Assembly: GCF_964204865.1 (NCBI RefSeq)
Contig: NC_135258.1
Coordinates: 10,850,001-10,914,000 of the forward strand
DNA: 64,000 nt
Direction: 5' to 3'
Source: Styela clava
Lineage: Eukaryota
The number at the start of each line of letters is the position of its first letter. Within the stretch, counting starts at the first letter, position 1. The notes beneath the pieces are model-generated. The model searched no databases, was not told the DNA's origin, and saw only the letters and a program-made list of their open reading frames with translations. Shown here one piece after another: positions 63,409-64,000 of this stretch. The translations under genes were made by a program, and so were the position numbers.

Positions 63409-64000
63409 CTGAAAATTAAGTAAAAAGGAAAATTAAGCGGAAAATTATTCGATCGCATTTAATTAATTATAGTATTGAAACGTGTGTAATAACTAATACG
63501 CCTTTCTTGTTTGATTAGATTTTTAAACCAATCCATTAATTGGATCGCCAATCGCTATATTAAATTTCATGAGATAATTATGAAAATTCTATCTTCCATC
63601 CTATATGTGATTAAGAAGACACCAAACTACCGTATCAATATTTTTCGTCCGTACGTAGGTAGATTTGGAGAAAAGCAAACAGTGTCAAGCGTGGTACGTT
63701 TTCGTGTGAATTTTTTTAAATTGATCCAGCAGCTAGTGCAACTCTTTATTCTAATCAAATTTTTTAATTAACATTACTCTTATAAAATAATATAAATCAA
63801 ATATGGGATGAATATTAATAATATAGATTATTCTGGATCGATGTGAATTAATAACGAATATTAAAGACGAATGTTTTCAAGTACTACATAGCAAAATCAA
63901 AGCATTCCAAATTATTTAGATTAGAACAAGCCCTAGTTTCATAGGGAAACTTGCTAAAGTGAAATGCGTGTGATGCAAGAATTATTATTGAAATTAATTC

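Noticed and set aside
1-64000. Prokaryotic-type systems (CRISPR arrays, operonic defence systems, rRNA/tRNA genes)
   Set aside because: Genes are spliceosomal. There is no repeat-spacer periodicity and no complete tRNA or rRNA. The tRNA-like boxes belong to SINEs.

Overview
AT-rich, compact, intron-rich animal DNA. The chordate-like proteins, short introns and repeat style suggest an ascidian tunicate, but that is inference. I assembled the spliced genes by hand from GT-AG junctions and phase. In order they are: an uncharacterised TPR protein (-), CDC123 (-), IBA57 (-), USP44/49 (+), PANK (-), CHCHD4/MIA40 (+), KLHDC10 (-) and the 3' part of a PiT/SLC20A phosphate transporter (-). Mobile DNA includes a 2.9-kb hAT transposon with perfect TIRs and TSD but a broken transposase, several hAT MITEs, a GG-terminated 8-bp-TSD MITE family carrying YY1-like and TTAGGG motifs, a Helentron-associated (HINE/DINE-1-like) element and tRNA-like SINEs. 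The most striking structure is the intronless IBA57 ORF. It sits on the SAME strand inside CDC123 intron 1 and starts 32 nt after the splice donor. A consensus TTTTCAG acceptor lies inside CDC123 exon 1 and a 6-codon uORF abuts the IBA57 ATG. This suggests one transcription unit switched between two unrelated essential proteins by splice-site (possibly SL trans-splice) choice. No prokaryotic-type systems or CRISPR arrays are present.
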